DNA of 64,000 nt from Candidatus Aenigmatarchaeota archaeon (GCA_038998335.1 JAVZHQ010000001.1:140455-204454); one strand, 5' to 3'. Shown: positions 46,216 through 56,454, counted from the stretch's first letter. Notes: generated by a model not told the origin, from the sequence alone. Program-made: numbers and translations.

Positions 46216-46812
46216 ATGGTAGTAGAAATAAAACTTAGGTACCTTGTACCAGTAGTTGCATTTTTAGTGTTAGCGTGTATAGTTAAATCACAAGAGAAAA
46301 TCACAGGTTCAACAGAAATATCAGCAAACGTAGGCCAATATCTTGCTCTAAATCTTTCCAGCGATCTTTCGGGAGGAATTTCTTTTTCTTCAGTAACCCC
46401 TGGAAGTCAAAATAATATGGCTACAGGCAATCAAGGACCCGATAATTGTACAAAGTATTGGGTTGGAGTAGATCCATCTTCTAATCTGAATGTAAATATG
46501 TGGCATAAAGCAAATCAAAGTATGAAATACGGAATTAATGAGATATCAATAGGAAACTTAACACACGAAGCAAACAAAACTAGTAACGGAGCAAATGTAG
46601 ATATGGATTTGTGGAGCGATGGCCGATATCCCCTATCGCTACAATACATGCCAATTGGTGGAACTCCTGAACCATGTCACGATCTTGCTCCTGGGGAAGC
46701 TTGCTTTATAGCTTTCTGGTTAGATGTTCCCGGCGGAGTGCCTAGTGGTAACTACAAGTCATACTATTGGTACTGTGCCAATGCAACTTCAGGGAGCACT
46801 TCATGTGAGTAA
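46216..46812 (+). CDS. Secreted protein, paralogous to C-terminal half of upstream gene
   Basis: Shared Y..L.LS..L..GISF..V.PG ... C.I.(F/Y).(L/I)DV..G ... Y.YCA pattern. Confidence 0.75.
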   Translation: MVVEIKLRYLVPVVAFLVLACIVKSQEKITGSTEISANVGQYLALNLSSDLSGGISFSSVTPGSQNNMATGNQGPDNCTKYWVGVDPSSNLNVNMWHKANQSMKYGINEISIGNLTHEANKTSNGANVDMDLWSDGRYPLSLQYMPIGGTPEPCHDLAPGEACFIAFWLDVPGGVPSGNYKSYYWYCANATSGSTSCE

Positions 46813-46821
46813 TGTTAGTAA

Positions 46822-47412
46822 CTAAGGAGTAATTTTAAGCTTTCTTTTTTTTACTAAAAAGAATAAGACTATTACTAAAACTATTAACATAATTGCTCCT
46901 AAAACTAAGGGGAAAGTGTTTAAAGGGTAGAAATTAACCCAAAAATCTATAGGTTCTACTGTTGTAGCAGCTCCAACCTGACAAACTGCTTTTATAGCTC
47001 CTCTGTATTCTACTTTTTCCGGGTAAAGTTCAAAGCTAGGCTTGAAAGTGAATTCAATAGGACCTTTAAACTTTAAGCAAACAAGTCTTGCTTGGTTTGA
47101 AGTTAAAGAGCAGTTAGAAGCTATACATTCCCTTCTTCCTTCAGGCTCCGAAGGACAATCCAGAATATTTTCAGTTAACTGAAAAGGCTCTTGAGGCTCT
47201 AAAAATCTACTTATTTCTTTGCTCCCTTCTACTCTACAACTTATTGGAGAAGAATAAGTTGAGAACACGCAAGCAGCATCACAAATTTCTATGGAATCTA
47301 AAGCTTTAAGCTCTACACTCCCTTTAACAACCATTAGCCCTGCTTTTGCTGGGTAACTAAGCAAAGAAAAAAGAGCTATTAATAATAGAACAGATTTTCT
47401 AATCTCTCTCAC
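46822..47412 (-). CDS. Secreted Cys-rich protein with C-terminal membrane anchor
   Basis: Signal peptide, 8 Cys, TM + basic tail. Confidence 0.7.
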   Translation of the reverse strand: MREIRKSVLLLIALFSLLSYPAKAGLMVVKGSVELKALDSIEICDAACVFSTYSSPISCRVEGSKEISRFLEPQEPFQLTENILDCPSEPEGRRECIASNCSLTSNQARLVCLKFKGPIEFTFKPSFELYPEKVEYRGAIKAVCQVGAATTVEPIDFWVNFYPLNTFPLVLGAIMLIVLVIVLFFLVKKRKLKITP

Positions 47413-47490
47413 TTTTTATAATTCGAATGAGTAGCTTATATGCGTTTTGGTTTTTTTAATTATTTTAACCTCAGAAGAGAAAATATAATT

Positions 47491-48885
47491 ATGAAAAAAA
47501 ACATTTTGGTTTTTTTGGCTCTATTTCTTATAGTACCGCCTTTGGTTTACGCTCAACTTTTCCATTCCGGCCAAACACCTATAAACGTTAAAGTTTTTGA
47601 ACCAAATGTTTGTGGTAATGGAGTTTGCGAAGCTGGAGAAGATTGTAGAAATTGTCCGCAAGATTGTGGTATTTGTCCAGCTCCACCAGGAGGCGGAGGA
47701 CCAGGAATTTTTATTCCTCCAAACATTTCAGTTTCGCCTTACAATTTTTCCCTAGTCCTTAAAAACCTCTCTTCTTTCATTCCAGTTTATGTTGAGATTC
47801 CGCCTGATAAAAATCTAAGCATAATTGCTCTAATAGTTGAAACGAAAAGCAACTTGAATGAGCTCAACCTTACCGTAGAAAGACTTTTTGAAAAACCAGC
47901 TTATGTTAATTCTTCTTCTGAAAACGATTATACTTACATTCAAATTATTTCAAGTTCTCAAGATATTTTCAGGCTAAAGTTTAAGTTTAAGGTTGAAAAG
48001 AGTTGGTTCAGAGAAAAAGGAATAACTAACGCTTCTATCATTTCTATGTTTAAATTTAAGGAAAGAAGTTGGGAAAGACTTTTTACGATGCTAATTCACG
48101 AAGATTCTAACTACTACTATTACTATTCAGAGTGTTGGGGTTTAAGTTTATTTTCAATAGGAACTTACAAAGAAGAGGAAGTAGCTATACCAATTCCTTC
48201 TTGTCCTCTTTGCCCTTCAGATACTGACTGGACTGCTTGCGTGAATAACGAGCAAAGTAGAATAAGGTACGTTTGCGGGAATGAAACTGGTTATGTTTGC
48301 TTGCCAATAGTTGAAAAGAGAAGTTGCGAAATAGAAAGAGCTTTGGATTTCACTTTCCTTTACTTAGGAGTAATAATTGCTCTAGCAATTGCTTTAGTGG
48401 GAATTTTTGTTAAGCAAAAAGTTGTTTTCAAACCAATAAAACTTCCAAAGCCAAAACCACCAAAGCCAAAGGAAGAAGAAGAGAAACCAAGAATCGTTAG
48501 ACCAGAAGAAGCTTTAAAGGAAAAAGTTGTGTTAGAAGAAAAACCAACCAAGCCTGAAGTTAAACCCGAAAAGGTTAAGTTGGAGGTTCCAAAAGTAGAA
48601 GTTAAGCCTGAAGTACCTAAGTTAGCTGTTCCAAAGAAAATAAAAGTAAGGAAAATCGAAGATATAGTTAAGAAGTTTAACGTTGGAGATTTGATAAGAG
48701 TTAAGGCTGATGTTGCACTTCATGCTATTGGAATTCCTCATGTTTACAAGTTAGAAGACGAAAGTGCGATAATTTACGGAACTTATGATAGGCTTATTGA
48801 TAGAGGAACTTATTGGGTTGAAGCTATAATTAAAGAAGAGGACGGAAGGAAGTATCTTGAGATTAAGGAGGTGAAGAATGTTTGA
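47491..48885 (+). CDS. Cell-surface protein, Cys-rich + PGF-pre-PGF-like domain, TM, cytoplasmic Pro/Lys/Glu linker and OB-like tail
   Basis: CGNGVCEAGEDCRNCPQDC, FKVEKSW...GLSLFSIG, TM helix. Confidence 0.75.
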   Translation: MKKNILVFLALFLIVPPLVYAQLFHSGQTPINVKVFEPNVCGNGVCEAGEDCRNCPQDCGICPAPPGGGGPGIFIPPNISVSPYNFSLVLKNLSSFIPVYVEIPPDKNLSIIALIVETKSNLNELNLTVERLFEKPAYVNSSSENDYTYIQIISSSQDIFRLKFKFKVEKSWFREKGITNASIISMFKFKERSWERLFTMLIHEDSNYYYYYSECWGLSLFSIGTYKEEEVAIPIPSCPLCPSDTDWTACVNNEQSRIRYVCGNETGYVCLPIVEKRSCEIERALDFTFLYLGVIIALAIALVGIFVKQKVVFKPIKLPKPKPPKPKEEEEKPRIVRPEEALKEKVVLEEKPTKPEVKPEKVKLEVPKVEVKPEVPKLAVPKKIKVRKIEDIVKKFNVGDLIRVKADVALHAIGIPHVYKLEDESAIIYGTYDRLIDRGTYWVEAIIKEEDGRKYLEIKEVKNV

Positions 48886-49315
48886 AATTCCAGCTCCTTC
48901 CTTAAAAAAGGAAGAAAAAGAAGAAAAGCCAGAAGTTAAAGAAGAAAAGAAAGTAGAAGTTAAAAAACCAGAGAAGAAAAAAGAAAAGAAGAAAAAAGTG
49001 GCTAAACCAAAAGTAGAAAAAATAAAAGGTATGGAAGTTTTTGTTAAGGAAATAAAAAAGCAAATAAAGGTTTTGAAAGAAACAGGAAAAAAACTAGAGA
49101 AAGAACTTTCTTCTGACATACTTAAAAACTTGAATCAAACACTAGAAGAGCTAAAAAAATTAAAGGACGAAAAAGCAAGGGTAGAGCAATCGATTAAAAT
49201 GCTAGAAGAGAAAAAGGCAACCTTACTTCAGAGAAAATCAGAAATTCAAAAACAAATGAATGTTATAAAGAAAAAGATAGAAAGTTTAGAAGAATCTTTC
49301 AAAAGTATTGGTTAG
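48878..49315 (+). CDS. Lys/Glu-rich coiled-coil protein
   Basis: Heptad-like composition; overlaps upstream gene, GGAGGTGA RBS. Confidence 0.7.
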   Translation: MFEIPAPSLKKEEKEEKPEVKEEKKVEVKKPEKKKEKKKKVAKPKVEKIKGMEVFVKEIKKQIKVLKETGKKLEKELSSDILKNLNQTLEELKKLKDEKARVEQSIKMLEEKKATLLQRKSEIQKQMNVIKKKIESLEESFKSIG

Positions 49316-49776
49316 TAGATTATTCCATTGTAATTAAGAAAATCGATCGTAGAAAAAATTAAACTCTCTAAGATTTTGGTAAGGGAAAAATCTTGGGAAG
49401 GAAGCTCGGTATCTAGCGAATATTTTTTCAAGAGGTCTTTCAGTGCTTTACCATCAATAAGTTTTATTCCATAGCTTTTTGCTAAAATCTTTGTTTGTTT
49501 AGAGTAGAAAGAGTTTGTTACCATATGGCCTTCTTTAATTTTTGTGTCTTGTAAAACTAGGTAAAAGTTTGCCAGATCTTTTTTACCAACTTCTAAATTT
49601 TCTCTCCATTTGCATTCTATTGCTATCTTTTTACTCAAAAAATTTTTGTAAGCGTATAAGTCAACCTCATGATAAGCTCCACTCATTCCTCTTAAAACTT
49701 TTCTTCTTTCGACTTTATATCCCATTTTCTTGTAAAGTTTTTCGACTAAAATTTCAAACTTCTCGCCTTTTTCCAT
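49312..49776 (-). CDS. Mrr-like restriction endonuclease domain protein
   Basis: KGEKFE...GY...G.SG..HEVD...AIECK...VTNS.Y...LIDG. Confidence 0.85.
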   Translation of the reverse strand: MEKGEKFEILVEKLYKKMGYKVERRKVLRGMSGAYHEVDLYAYKNFLSKKIAIECKWRENLEVGKKDLANFYLVLQDTKIKEGHMVTNSFYSKQTKILAKSYGIKLIDGKALKDLLKKYSLDTELPSQDFSLTKILESLIFSTIDFLNYNGIIY

Positions 49777-50155
49777 ACTTTCTACCCAACTCTTCCTTTA
49801 TAGTTTGAGTAACATCTAAAGCAATTTCTCTGTTATACTTCTCGAGAAAATTTTCAAGTTTATCTCTTGTTTCAAAACCAAGGAGAAATGTCAAGAGCGG
49901 AATGCCAAACTCTAAAATGCTTAAGTTTTTATCATTTTCTAAGCGTTTAATATTTTTTTCTATCCATTCTAAAAAGTTTTCTTTGTAGAAGTTTCTAATC
50001 TCGTTATCGCTTACTATTTTGTTCCTAAGCGATTTAAGTTTGTTAACTATTTCTTCTCTTTTTTCTGGGTTTTCTTGATAGTATCTAATTAGGTTATCGT
50101 TTAATCTTAACTTAATTAATTCTTCTTCATAACTTAGCTCTTTAAAGAAACTCAA
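49754..50155 (-). CDS. Hypothetical protein
   Basis: ORF in tight operon. Confidence 0.6.
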   Translation of the reverse strand: MSFFKELSYEEELIKLRLNDNLIRYYQENPEKREEIVNKLKSLRNKIVSDNEIRNFYKENFLEWIEKNIKRLENDKNLSILEFGIPLLTFLLGFETRDKLENFLEKYNREIALDVTQTIKEELGRKYGKRREV

Positions 50156-50165
50156 CTTTATCCCT

Positions 50166-50522
50166 TCATGTAGTCAAAAAATTTCTAACAACAAAATCTT
50201 TAACAACTTCTTCTACAGTTTTTTCCTTGCTGTACTTAGCTTCCAGATAACCTTCAAGAAATTGCGAAAAGAATTTTATGGCAACAGGCCATTCTACGTT
50301 TTTCATAGCTTTAAGATAATTATTGACTTCGCTATTCGGGAAGAAAAAATCAATAAAGCTATCTAAAGAAAAGTCAAAATTTTTCTTGAAATTTTCTGCC
50401 AGGTTATAGTTTACTTTGCCTTCTTCAAATTCTTTTATTGCTTTTGGTAAAATTTCCTTTATCCTAGAAAAAACATAAAGAGTTCTTTCTAGATCTTTCA
50501 AGTTTTCGTTCAATTTTATCAC
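50166..50522 (-). CDS. Hypothetical protein
   Basis: ORF in tight operon. Confidence 0.6.
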   Translation of the reverse strand: MIKLNENLKDLERTLYVFSRIKEILPKAIKEFEEGKVNYNLAENFKKNFDFSLDSFIDFFFPNSEVNNYLKAMKNVEWPVAIKFFSQFLEGYLEAKYSKEKTVEEVVKDFVVRNFLTT

Positions 50523-50824
50523 TCTTCCTTATATTTTTCAAGTTTCGAAATTCTTGAGCTAAGCTCTTGGTATTGGCTTAAAATCAAGTTTTCAAGTTTG
50601 TTTTCCAATTTTTGGATTTCTTTCGTGATTAAAGAATAGGTTGGTTCAGGGTTACCACTTAAACCTTCTCTTATAGCCTGTTTTATATTTTCTCTCATCA
50701 CTTCTCTGTTTTTTTGTAAGTAATCTGTAATTTTTCCCTCTAGCCACTTCCCTCCAAAGTAGCCTATAGGCAAAGCAATAACAAAAGCTCCTTCAGGAGT
50801 TTTTAACCAATCAACTATTCCCAT
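50519..50824 (-). CDS. Hypothetical protein, N-terminal hydrophobic helix + coiled coil
   Basis: GGAGGTGA RBS; AFVIALPIGYFGG. Confidence 0.65.
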   Translation of the reverse strand: MGIVDWLKTPEGAFVIALPIGYFGGKWLEGKITDYLQKNREVMRENIKQAIREGLSGNPEPTYSLITKEIQKLENKLENLILSQYQELSSRISKLEKYKEE

Positions 50825-51125
50825 ATTTCACCTCCTTTTTCTTCCAAATTTTTTTGCCAAGATAATCCAAACCATGTCTTGTGAGAATGGTTCCGCTTAT
50901 TCCCCCAATCAAGCCAAGTTGGGCAGCGTAGCTGTAAGCAGTTTGAAGAGAATTATAAAGGAGTTGCTGATAGTTTCCGTTAGCCAAACTTGGTAAAAGG
51001 TTTGGTATACTTTCTTTCAAAAAACCCAAACAAAAACCTGCCCAGTAAAGTACTCCAGAGCCAAGAAGTCCGCCCAATAAAGGTAAAGGTTTAAAGTAAC
51101 CTTTCAGAAATTTGACAACTTTCAT
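50811..51125 (-). CDS. Gly-rich membrane protein
   Basis: Two Gly-rich hydrophobic helices. Confidence 0.65.
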   Translation of the reverse strand: MKVVKFLKGYFKPLPLLGGLLGSGVLYWAGFCLGFLKESIPNLLPSLANGNYQQLLYNSLQTAYSYAAQLGLIGGISGTILTRHGLDYLGKKIWKKKEVKYGNS

Positions 51126-51202
51126 TTTCTCACAAGCAACTCTTGAAAGAAGAAATATGATATAATTATGGTACTATGATTTGGCAAAAAATCATAAAAT
51201 TT

Positions 51203-51244
51203 ACCACTTATGTAGTTTTTTCTTAAATTCACCACTCAAGTGGT
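51203..51244. promoter_or_regulatory. Candidate TrmB-family operator pair
   Basis: ACCACT-CA-AGTGGT perfect IR at 51231-51244; imperfect ACCACT-TA-TGTAGT at 51203-51216. Confidence 0.55.
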
Positions 51245-51287
51245 AAAATTCAAAAGATTTTTATACTCTCGAACTTTACTTTAATTT

Positions 51288-52076
51288 GTGGAGATAAGTA
51301 GCGAAGAACTTGTGAATTTACTTAAAAACTTTGGTATGAACGATTATGAAGCCAAAGTTTATTCCGCTTTAGTTTTTCTTGGTCCTTCTAAAGCAAGTGA
51401 AATAAGTAGAGAGTCAAAAGTTCCTCAATCAAAAATTTATGAAGTTCTTGACAGGCTAGCTGAAAGGCAATTGGTAGAAGTTTACAGTATAAGGCCGAAA
51501 GAATTTAAAGCAGTAAGTCCAGAAGTTTCGCTTAGAAATTTAATAGAAGAGAACGAAAGAAAAATAAAGGAAGCTAAAGAAAAAGTAGAAAAAATTTCTT
51601 TTATCCTTAAGCCAAGAATTGAGAGTCAAGTTTTGAATGGAATCTGGACTTCTCAAGGAAAAGGATGGAAAGATTTTATAGATAGGCTTTGTGATATGTT
51701 TGATAGAGCAAAAAGTTATGCTTATGTAGTAAGCAGAGATTTTTCTTGGACTTCTAACCTTGCTGAGGCTGTTGATTCTTGTATAAGAAGAGGAGTAAAA
51801 ATTAGAACTATTGCGATAGGAGGAATAAACGAGTCAAACTATAGAAGAGCAAAATGGTTTAACGATCATGGAGTAGAGATAAGAGTTTTTAAGACAAGTT
51901 TGCACCCAAGAATGATTGATATAGATGGCAGGGAAATTTTGCTAAGACTTGATACCGAAATGAAAAAAGAAAGTTTTAGGTTTACTTCGGTATGGTCTAG
52001 TGATGCTTCCTTGGTTAAAGTTTTTGATGTTTACCTCAAAAGTTTGTGGAAAAATGCAGAACCTTTCAAGTTTTAA
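51288..52076 (+). CDS. TrmB-family transcriptional regulator
   Basis: GMNDYEAKVY, ASEISRESKVPQSKIYEVL, PLD-like effector domain. Confidence 0.92.
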   Translation: MEISSEELVNLLKNFGMNDYEAKVYSALVFLGPSKASEISRESKVPQSKIYEVLDRLAERQLVEVYSIRPKEFKAVSPEVSLRNLIEENERKIKEAKEKVEKISFILKPRIESQVLNGIWTSQGKGWKDFIDRLCDMFDRAKSYAYVVSRDFSWTSNLAEAVDSCIRRGVKIRTIAIGGINESNYRRAKWFNDHGVEIRVFKTSLHPRMIDIDGREILLRLDTEMKKESFRFTSVWSSDASLVKVFDVYLKSLWKNAEPFKF

Positions 52077-53328
52077 TGAAAGGGAAAATTATAAAAAAAT
52101 CTTAAGCGAGCTTTATCTTGAGAAAAACTTATTTTTTGACCCAAGTTTAAGTTCTGTATTTTTTATTGAAAAGAGTTGGGGTGGAACTTTTTCAAACTCT
52201 TTAAAAGCGATAATGTTTGATGTCGATGATACGCTTAACCCAGAAGGTTCAAAAAATCTTTCAACGTTATGGTTGGAAGGCTTGCCCCTTCAAAGCAAAG
52301 AAATAAACGAATTAAAAGAGCTCATGGGTCAGATTGGTAAAGTTTCTTCTTTTTTAAACGTAAGTGAATTAGACATTAAAAAGCTAGTCAACAAATTCGG
52401 CAAAAGGTTAGCTGAGCTTAACTTAAAAAAAGAGGATTTAAACGAGGCTGCAAAAAATGCTGCAAAAGAATTTGAAACAGTTCCTTATTCTTTTGAAGGT
52501 TTGAATGAAATCAAAGGCTTAGGTTATTCTGTAGGACTTAACTCTGGAGCTTACTTAGAAGCTGTGAGATACTTAGCTGAGAGGTTGGGAATTTTAAAAG
52601 AAAATTGTTTCGGTTCTGTTTACAATTTTGACAAGAACAACAGGTTTACAGGAATAATTTTACCAAGACTTAACTTTAAGAAAGCCGAAGCTTTTGAAAA
52701 ATTTTTAAATTTTTATAGGTGCAAAAGTAAGTTTTCAATTTTTATGACAGATAATCCAAGAAGCGATTCAGCTCCTTCCTCAAAAGCTGGTCTTAGAATT
52801 TTTGTTTCTGATAAACCTGAAGTTTTCGATGAATTTTTTGTTTGTTTGCCTGAGGTTAGAAGAAAGGGAGAAAGTTATCATGGGTATGAAGGTATGAAGA
52901 TAGTTGCGTACTTCCTTAAAAGATGGGATTTATTGAATATAACTTATTTCTTAAGGACACCAGAAAATGAGAGAGAAATTATTAAACTTTGCTTAAGTTT
53001 AAGTGAAACAGAAGAAGAAATTCAAAAAGGGAAGAGTTTAGTTGGGAACAAATTAAAGTTTGTTAATTATGTAGAAAGCTTACTATCATTTCTTTCTCCT
53101 ATTTATTCAAGAAAGCTTTTTGGTTTAGATGAGTATATTGTTAAGCTTAAGCTCACAAGCGAAGAAGAAAAAATTAAAAGTTTAACTTCTTCTATCTATT
53201 TGAAGCTAAAAGAAAAAGTTCCTGAGTTGGACGAAAAGGAAGTAAGAAAGAAAAATTTTTTGGGCAAAATTGAAGAACTAACAAAAAGTAAAATAGAAGG
53301 TGAGTTTTACGGAAACCACAGTAAATAA
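52054..53328 (+). CDS. HAD-superfamily phosphatase with C-terminal extension
   Basis: FDVDDTL, LNSG, K, TDN..SD. Confidence 0.75.
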   Translation: MQNLSSFNERENYKKILSELYLEKNLFFDPSLSSVFFIEKSWGGTFSNSLKAIMFDVDDTLNPEGSKNLSTLWLEGLPLQSKEINELKELMGQIGKVSSFLNVSELDIKKLVNKFGKRLAELNLKKEDLNEAAKNAAKEFETVPYSFEGLNEIKGLGYSVGLNSGAYLEAVRYLAERLGILKENCFGSVYNFDKNNRFTGIILPRLNFKKAEAFEKFLNFYRCKSKFSIFMTDNPRSDSAPSSKAGLRIFVSDKPEVFDEFFVCLPEVRRKGESYHGYEGMKIVAYFLKRWDLLNITYFLRTPENEREIIKLCLSLSETEEEIQKGKSLVGNKLKFVNYVESLLSFLSPIYSRKLFGLDEYIVKLKLTSEEEKIKSLTSSIYLKLKEKVPELDEKEVRKKNFLGKIEELTKSKIEGEFYGNHSK

Positions 53329-54298
53329 AGTGAAGAATGATGTTTTCTCCTTTACCTCAGATATCCTCTCTCTTGAAAATAACTCAAAAGTAATTCTTGC
53401 TGATTTAAGTAATAGCGAGTTTGAAAATACTTTTGGCTACTTTGACGAGAAAGAGTTTAAAATTTTTGTAAATTCTTACGGTTTGGACGAGAGGAAATTA
53501 AAGCAGTATAGTGCATGCGTAATTTCTTTTTTTCAGCCTTATGCGTTCTACCTTGAGAATGTTGAAAACTTTTTAAGAGAAGATGAAAATTTAAAAGAAA
53601 CGAGAGAAGTTTTTACTGGGATAGGAAAGTGGGTTGAAAGGGCAACTTTAAATTACTTGGAAAATTTAGGCTATGCTTTTGATCATGAGATTAAATCAAG
53701 CTTCGAAGATTACAGAAACCTAGAAGGGTTTAAGGTTTGTCAAGAGCTTTGGGAAAATGTAAAGAAACTAACCATACAAACTTTTGGCATAAGTGGTAAA
53801 CCTCTTGAGCTTGAAAAAATTCATCAAAAAATTATAAGAGTTCTTATAAAGAATATAAGCAGAGAAAGTAACCCGAGCTTATTTTTAAGGAAGTTAAGTC
53901 AGAAATTTTTAGGTTATGACGAGATTCTTTCCCTTTACTTAGAGTCAGGAGAGTATGCTTTGGTAAAGCCAAAAGATGTAAGCGAAATTGAAGAATATTA
54001 CGAGAAATTAAAGTCAGCCTTAGCTTTTGACAGTAATTTTAGGGAGTACAAGTTAAGTTGGGAACCTCTAAACAAGCTTCTAAAAAATTTTGGGCTAAGG
54101 GATTTGTATGAAAAATCCTTAAAAATTTTTGAAAACTTTTCAGAAGCTCTTGGTGTAAATGAAAAGTTGAGTGAACTGGAAAAAGAGGAAGAAAAAAGTT
54201 TGGAAAATCACTTACGCGATTTGCTTACAGATATAGAATGTAGCTTAGGCTTTTTGAGAAAAGAAAAGCCAACTTTAATAGCTCTTCAAGATAAATAA
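53300..54298 (+). CDS. Hypothetical protein
   Basis: 332-aa acidic helical ORF overlapping HAD gene. Confidence 0.7.
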   Translation: MSFTETTVNKVKNDVFSFTSDILSLENNSKVILADLSNSEFENTFGYFDEKEFKIFVNSYGLDERKLKQYSACVISFFQPYAFYLENVENFLREDENLKETREVFTGIGKWVERATLNYLENLGYAFDHEIKSSFEDYRNLEGFKVCQELWENVKKLTIQTFGISGKPLELEKIHQKIIRVLIKNISRESNPSLFLRKLSQKFLGYDEILSLYLESGEYALVKPKDVSEIEEYYEKLKSALAFDSNFREYKLSWEPLNKLLKNFGLRDLYEKSLKIFENFSEALGVNEKLSELEKEEEKSLENHLRDLLTDIECSLGFLRKEKPTLIALQDK

Positions 54299-54303
54299 AT
54301 TTT

Positions 54304-54723
54304 ATGAAAGTCTTAGCTATAATACTTTTATTTTTTGTTTCGCTCTTTTTGCTAGCGTATTTTTTAAAGCCAGAAGAAAATTTAACCGAAAAATTTGAAA
54401 ACAAGTTAGAAATTTTTACTGATAAAGAAGCTTATACCCAAGGCGAAGAAATTAAAGTAAATGTTTCATTCTTTTCTTCCAAGGATTTGAAAGATGTGGA
54501 AATAAAAGTTTTTGGGATTAAAGGAAGGTATGGAGATTATATTTCTTCAAGCAAGGTTGTTAATTTGAGAAAAGGAGAAAATTTGTTCGATTTTTATTTT
54601 AGAGCACCTTATTGTAGCGCTTGTACAGGAATTGCTCCTGGAGAGCATGAAATAAACGTACAGCTTGTTTACAACAACACACTTTTGGCTTCTGTTTCGA
54701 AGAAAATAAGAATAGAAAGTTAA
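54304..54723 (+). CDS. Membrane-anchored Ig-like protein
   Basis: N-terminal TM, TDKEAY..GE, CxxC, PGEH. Confidence 0.7.
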   Translation: MKVLAIILLFFVSLFLLAYFLKPEENLTEKFENKLEIFTDKEAYTQGEEIKVNVSFFSSKDLKDVEIKVFGIKGRYGDYISSSKVVNLRKGENLFDFYFRAPYCSACTGIAPGEHEINVQLVYNNTLLASVSKKIRIES

Positions 54724-54733
54724 ACAAATAAAG

Positions 54734-55477
54734 TTATTTTTGTTTGCTAAACGCAACTCCACCTAGTAAAATCATGGTAAAAGAAAAAGTACAAATAACA
54801 ACTAAGCTTGTATAAAATGGAATAGAAGATAAACCGATTAAAATAAACCTTACAGCCTCTACTCCATAAGTTAAAGGGTTTAAATAAGAGATAATTTTAA
54901 GCCACTCAGGAGCTTCTTGTATAGGGAAAAAAGCACCACTTAAGAAAATTAACGGAAATATTATGAAATTCATTATCAACCCAAAACTTTCCATCGTTTC
55001 TATCAAAGAAGCTATTATTAAACCAACACTTACTAAGCCTAAGGAAATTACAGCCATTAGAGCTATGGTAATTAAGAATGAGTAGAAAGTAACATGAATT
55101 CCTAAGATAAATGATAGGCTTAGGATGATAACGCCTTGAATTAAAGCTACTGTACAACTTCCCAAAGCTTTTCCAGCAAATATGGAAGTTCTTGAAATAG
55201 GAGAAACGAGAATTTCCTTTAGAAAGCCAAATTCTCTATCCCATATAACAGAAATTCCTGAAGCTATCGAAACTCCAACTAAGGAAATTACAACTATACC
55301 AGGAAACAAAAAAGTTTGATAGTTTAACTCGCTTATCCTAACAAAAGAAAAGCCACCACCCAAAACAACCAAGAAAAGCAAAGGTTGAACTATAGAACTA
55401 ACAATTCTTGCTCTATCTCTCAAGTACCTTTTAATTTCTCTTAGCCATATTGTGTAAATTCCTTCAAGCTCGCTCAT
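54734..55477 (-). CDS. ABC-2 exporter permease
   Basis: DREFGFLKEILVSP, FLSGAFFP, NPLTYGVE. Confidence 0.93.
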   Translation of the reverse strand: MSELEGIYTIWLREIKRYLRDRARIVSSIVQPLLFLVVLGGGFSFVRISELNYQTFLFPGIVVISLVGVSIASGISVIWDREFGFLKEILVSPISRTSIFAGKALGSCTVALIQGVIILSLSFILGIHVTFYSFLITIALMAVISLGLVSVGLIIASLIETMESFGLIMNFIIFPLIFLSGAFFPIQEAPEWLKIISYLNPLTYGVEAVRFILIGLSSIPFYTSLVVICTFSFTMILLGGVAFSKQK

Positions 55478-56454
55478 ATCATTCTCGCTCTCCTTTTCAT
55501 CATTTCTTTGCTTTCTTCTGTTTCTTCTCTGATTTCTCTTCCTGTGTAATGGAGAAAAACGTCTCCAAGGCTAGGTTTCCTTATGCTTATAGACTCGACA
55601 AAAAATTTATTCTTCCTAGCAAATTCTAATAACTTTGGTGCAAACTTTTCAGCATTTTTAACGGTCATACTAATTTTCTTTTCTGTAACTTGAGCTTTCC
55701 TTATCGAATCTAACTTTTTAACTTTTTCCAAAAATTTTTCAGCATTTTTTATTTCTAAGGTTATGACATCTCCTTCCAAACTATTTTTCAAATTTTCAGG
55801 AGTATCTAAAACTTTTATTTCTCCGTAATCCATTATAGCTACTCTATCACACAAAGCATCAGCTTCTTCCATGTAATGGGTTGTTAATAAAATTGTAATG
55901 TTTTCTTTTTCAGCTAGTTTCTTTATGTATTCCCAAATGTGCTCTCTTGTTTGAGGGTCTAAACCTAAAGTAGGTTCGTCTAAAAAAAGAACTTTTGGGT
56001 AATGTATCAAACCCCTTGCTATTTCTAACCTTCTTTTCATTCCTCCAGAATAATTTCTAACAAGCTCGTTAGCTCTTTCATAAAGTCCAACTAATTTTAA
56101 AACTTCTTCTATTCTCTTCTCTCTTTCTTCTTTTGGCACGCTATACAAGCGAGCATGCATTTCTAAGTTTTCTTTTGCTGTTAATCTGTTATCTAGGCTA
56201 GGGTCTTGAAAAACTATACCTATAGATTTTCTAACATTCCTTTGCTCTTTAATTATATCAAAACCGTTAACTTTTGCTGTTCCTTTTGTTGGTTTCAATA
56301 GAGTACAAAGCATTGAAATAAAAGTTGTTTTTCCTGCTCCGTTCGGTCCAAGCAGTCCAAAAATTTCCCCTTCTTTAATTTTTAGACTTACGTTATTAAC
56401 AGCTTTAAGGCCGTTAAATTCTTTTGTCAGATTAAAAGTTTCTACAATCCACAT
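55474..56454 (-). CDS. ABC exporter ATPase (DrrA-like)
   Basis: GPNGAGKTT, YSGGM, LDEPT, TTHYMEEA. Confidence 0.95.
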   Translation of the reverse strand: MWIVETFNLTKEFNGLKAVNNVSLKIKEGEIFGLLGPNGAGKTTFISMLCTLLKPTKGTAKVNGFDIIKEQRNVRKSIGIVFQDPSLDNRLTAKENLEMHARLYSVPKEEREKRIEEVLKLVGLYERANELVRNYSGGMKRRLEIARGLIHYPKVLFLDEPTLGLDPQTREHIWEYIKKLAEKENITILLTTHYMEEADALCDRVAIMDYGEIKVLDTPENLKNSLEGDVITLEIKNAEKFLEKVKKLDSIRKAQVTEKKISMTVKNAEKFAPKLLEFARKNKFFVESISIRKPSLGDVFLHYTGREIREETEESKEMMKRRARMI

